Both the position numbers and the translations under genes were made by a program. From Verrucomicrobiota bacterium (lineage in GTDB: Bacteria; Verrucomicrobiota; Verrucomicrobiia; Chthoniobacterales; UBA10450), in NCBI GenBank assembly GCA_003218475.1, contig QHNR01000106.1, positions 1,388 to 65,387 on the forward strand: DNA of 64,000 nucleotides, in the 5' to 3' direction. A model generated the notes under the pieces. That model did no database searches and was not told where the DNA came from. It saw only the letters and a list, made by a program, of their open reading frames with translations. Below are positions 63,248-64,000 of the stretch, piece after piece (position 1 is the first letter of the stretch; every line of letters starts with the position of its first letter).

Positions 63248-64000
63248 ATGGAGAGCCCTTCGGATGATCAGGAAGACCTCGGCGCCGGCCTAAAACCGGG
63301 CGACCCGCATTATCGCGCGTACGTCGGTCCTCCAGAGGATTACGATTTGATCGCGGCGATGACATTCAATCTTCTCACCACGCTCGGCCTGCGCCAGTCT
63401 CATTCATTGCTTGATGTCGGCTGCGGTTCGCTTCGGATCGGGCGCTTGCTCATTCCCTACCTGAATCGCGGAAAATACTTCGGCGTAGAGCCGAATGAAT
63501 GGCTGGTCGAGGAAGGAATTGAGCGGGAGCTCGGCGAAACATTGGTGCAAATCAAACGCCCGACGTTCTTCTTTTCCGATTCTCCCGATGCCGTTGCCAG
63601 AGCGAAAGTCTCATTCGATTTCGTGCTGGCTCAATCGATCTTCAGTCATTGCGGGTTGGATCTGATCAAGAGTTGGTTGTCTGCAGTTTCGCGTTCACTG
63701 GCGAGCGATGGAGCTTTAGTCGCGACATTTTTGCCCGGCGAGGAAGACTCTCGGCGCACCGGCTGGATCTATCCCGAATGTGTAAATTACCGGCCAGCGA
63801 CACTGAAACGCGCAGCCGCAGAAGCGAATTTGCGATTTGAAATTCTGGATTGGAAACATCCTCGGCAGACGTGGGCGCTCTTTGCTGCGCCGAAGTTTGA
63901 TTCAACATGGTTCAAGGATCGGTCTCTCACTTGGAACACAGCGCTCGAAAACGCGCTGAGTCGAAAGAAACAGGGAAATGTCGCTCCGGTGACCGATACG
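63248..64000 (+). CDS. class I SAM-dependent methyltransferase (3' end runs off the window)
   Basis: Not in the ORF track because no stop falls in the window. My translation from the ATG at 63248 is open for 251 codons to the window end. Motif I LLDVGCGSLRIG, and FDFVLAQSIFSH. Confidence 0.6.
   Translation, partial: MESPSDDQEDLGAGLKPGDPHYRAYVGPPEDYDLIAAMTFNLLTTLGLRQSHSLLDVGCGSLRIGRLLIPYLNRGKYFGVEPNEWLVEEGIERELGETLVQIKRPTFFFSDSPDAVARAKVSFDFVLAQSIFSHCGLDLIKSWLSAVSRSLASDGALVATFLPGEEDSRRTGWIYPECVNYRPATLKRAAAEANLRFEILDWKHPRQTWALFAAPKFDSTWFKDRSLTWNTALENALSRKKQGNVAPVTDT

Noticed and set aside
1-64000. Search for tRNA, rRNA, tmRNA and riboswitch-like elements in all spacers longer than 100 bp
   Set aside because: I could not recognise any cloverleaf-compatible or rRNA-like sequence by eye. 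The structured spacers are better explained by the repeat families described above. A tRNAscan-SE/Infernal run is needed to be sure.

Overview
This 64 kb window looks like chromosomal DNA from a soil-type Gram-negative bacterium. The repeat families and gene content suggest Verrucomicrobiota or Acidobacteriota, but that is inference only. I recognised no rRNA, tRNA, CRISPR array, integrase or transposase by eye. Housekeeping and metabolic content: a putative lysine/fatty-acid catabolic operon (HACD, acyl-CoA DH, lysine 6-transaminase, ALDH7-type dehydrogenase), MmgE/PrpD, an APC permease, panE, a GntR-ABC-DUF4386 cluster, a fused aconitase-family enzyme and an IPMDH/ICDH-family dehydrogenase, an M28 peptidase, a TetR-HlyD-ABC efflux operon (E. 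coli ybhGFSR-like order), gatCA, an rlmI-like gene, purC and a sulfatase. Three things stand out. (1) Between 8.5 and 27.7 kb lies an array of seven paralogous membrane proteins. They share a COG5616/TolB-N-like + TPR ectodomain and a conserved C-terminal tail ('DPLRGDPRF'), but carry swapped N-terminal heads: a 2-TM 'ELKRRNVYKV' anchor, a class III nucleotidyl cyclase, or a ToxR/CadC-type winged helix. In one member the anchor is fused to an amidohydrolase. The array carries several decay and recombination scars: an internal deletion, a frameshift, and orphan N- and C-terminal stubs. It is interrupted by hicAB, a GIY-YIG cassette and a secreted tail-fibre-like protein with a peptidase S74 chaperone domain. 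(2) Two small GIY-YIG nuclease genes each sit inside inverted copies of a 'GTCATNCCGAGCGAAGCGAGG' hairpin repeat, a REPtron-like arrangement. One cassette, flanked by two direct 143-bp copies, is inserted exactly between the ATPase and permease genes of the ABC efflux operon. A solo hairpin copy lies elsewhere. (3) At least two further intergenic repeat families are present: large palindromic 'CCGGGGAGCGCACGCG..CTCGCGTGCTGG' elements at gene 3' ends, and AT(T/C)CGTG heptamer clusters. Several genes are frameshifted: a zinc-ribbon/HEPN-like gene, a PQQ-like beta-propeller gene with about six shifts, and a cyclase paralog. These are either real pseudogenes or local assembly errors. All family names come from motif recognition by eye, and no database search was run.
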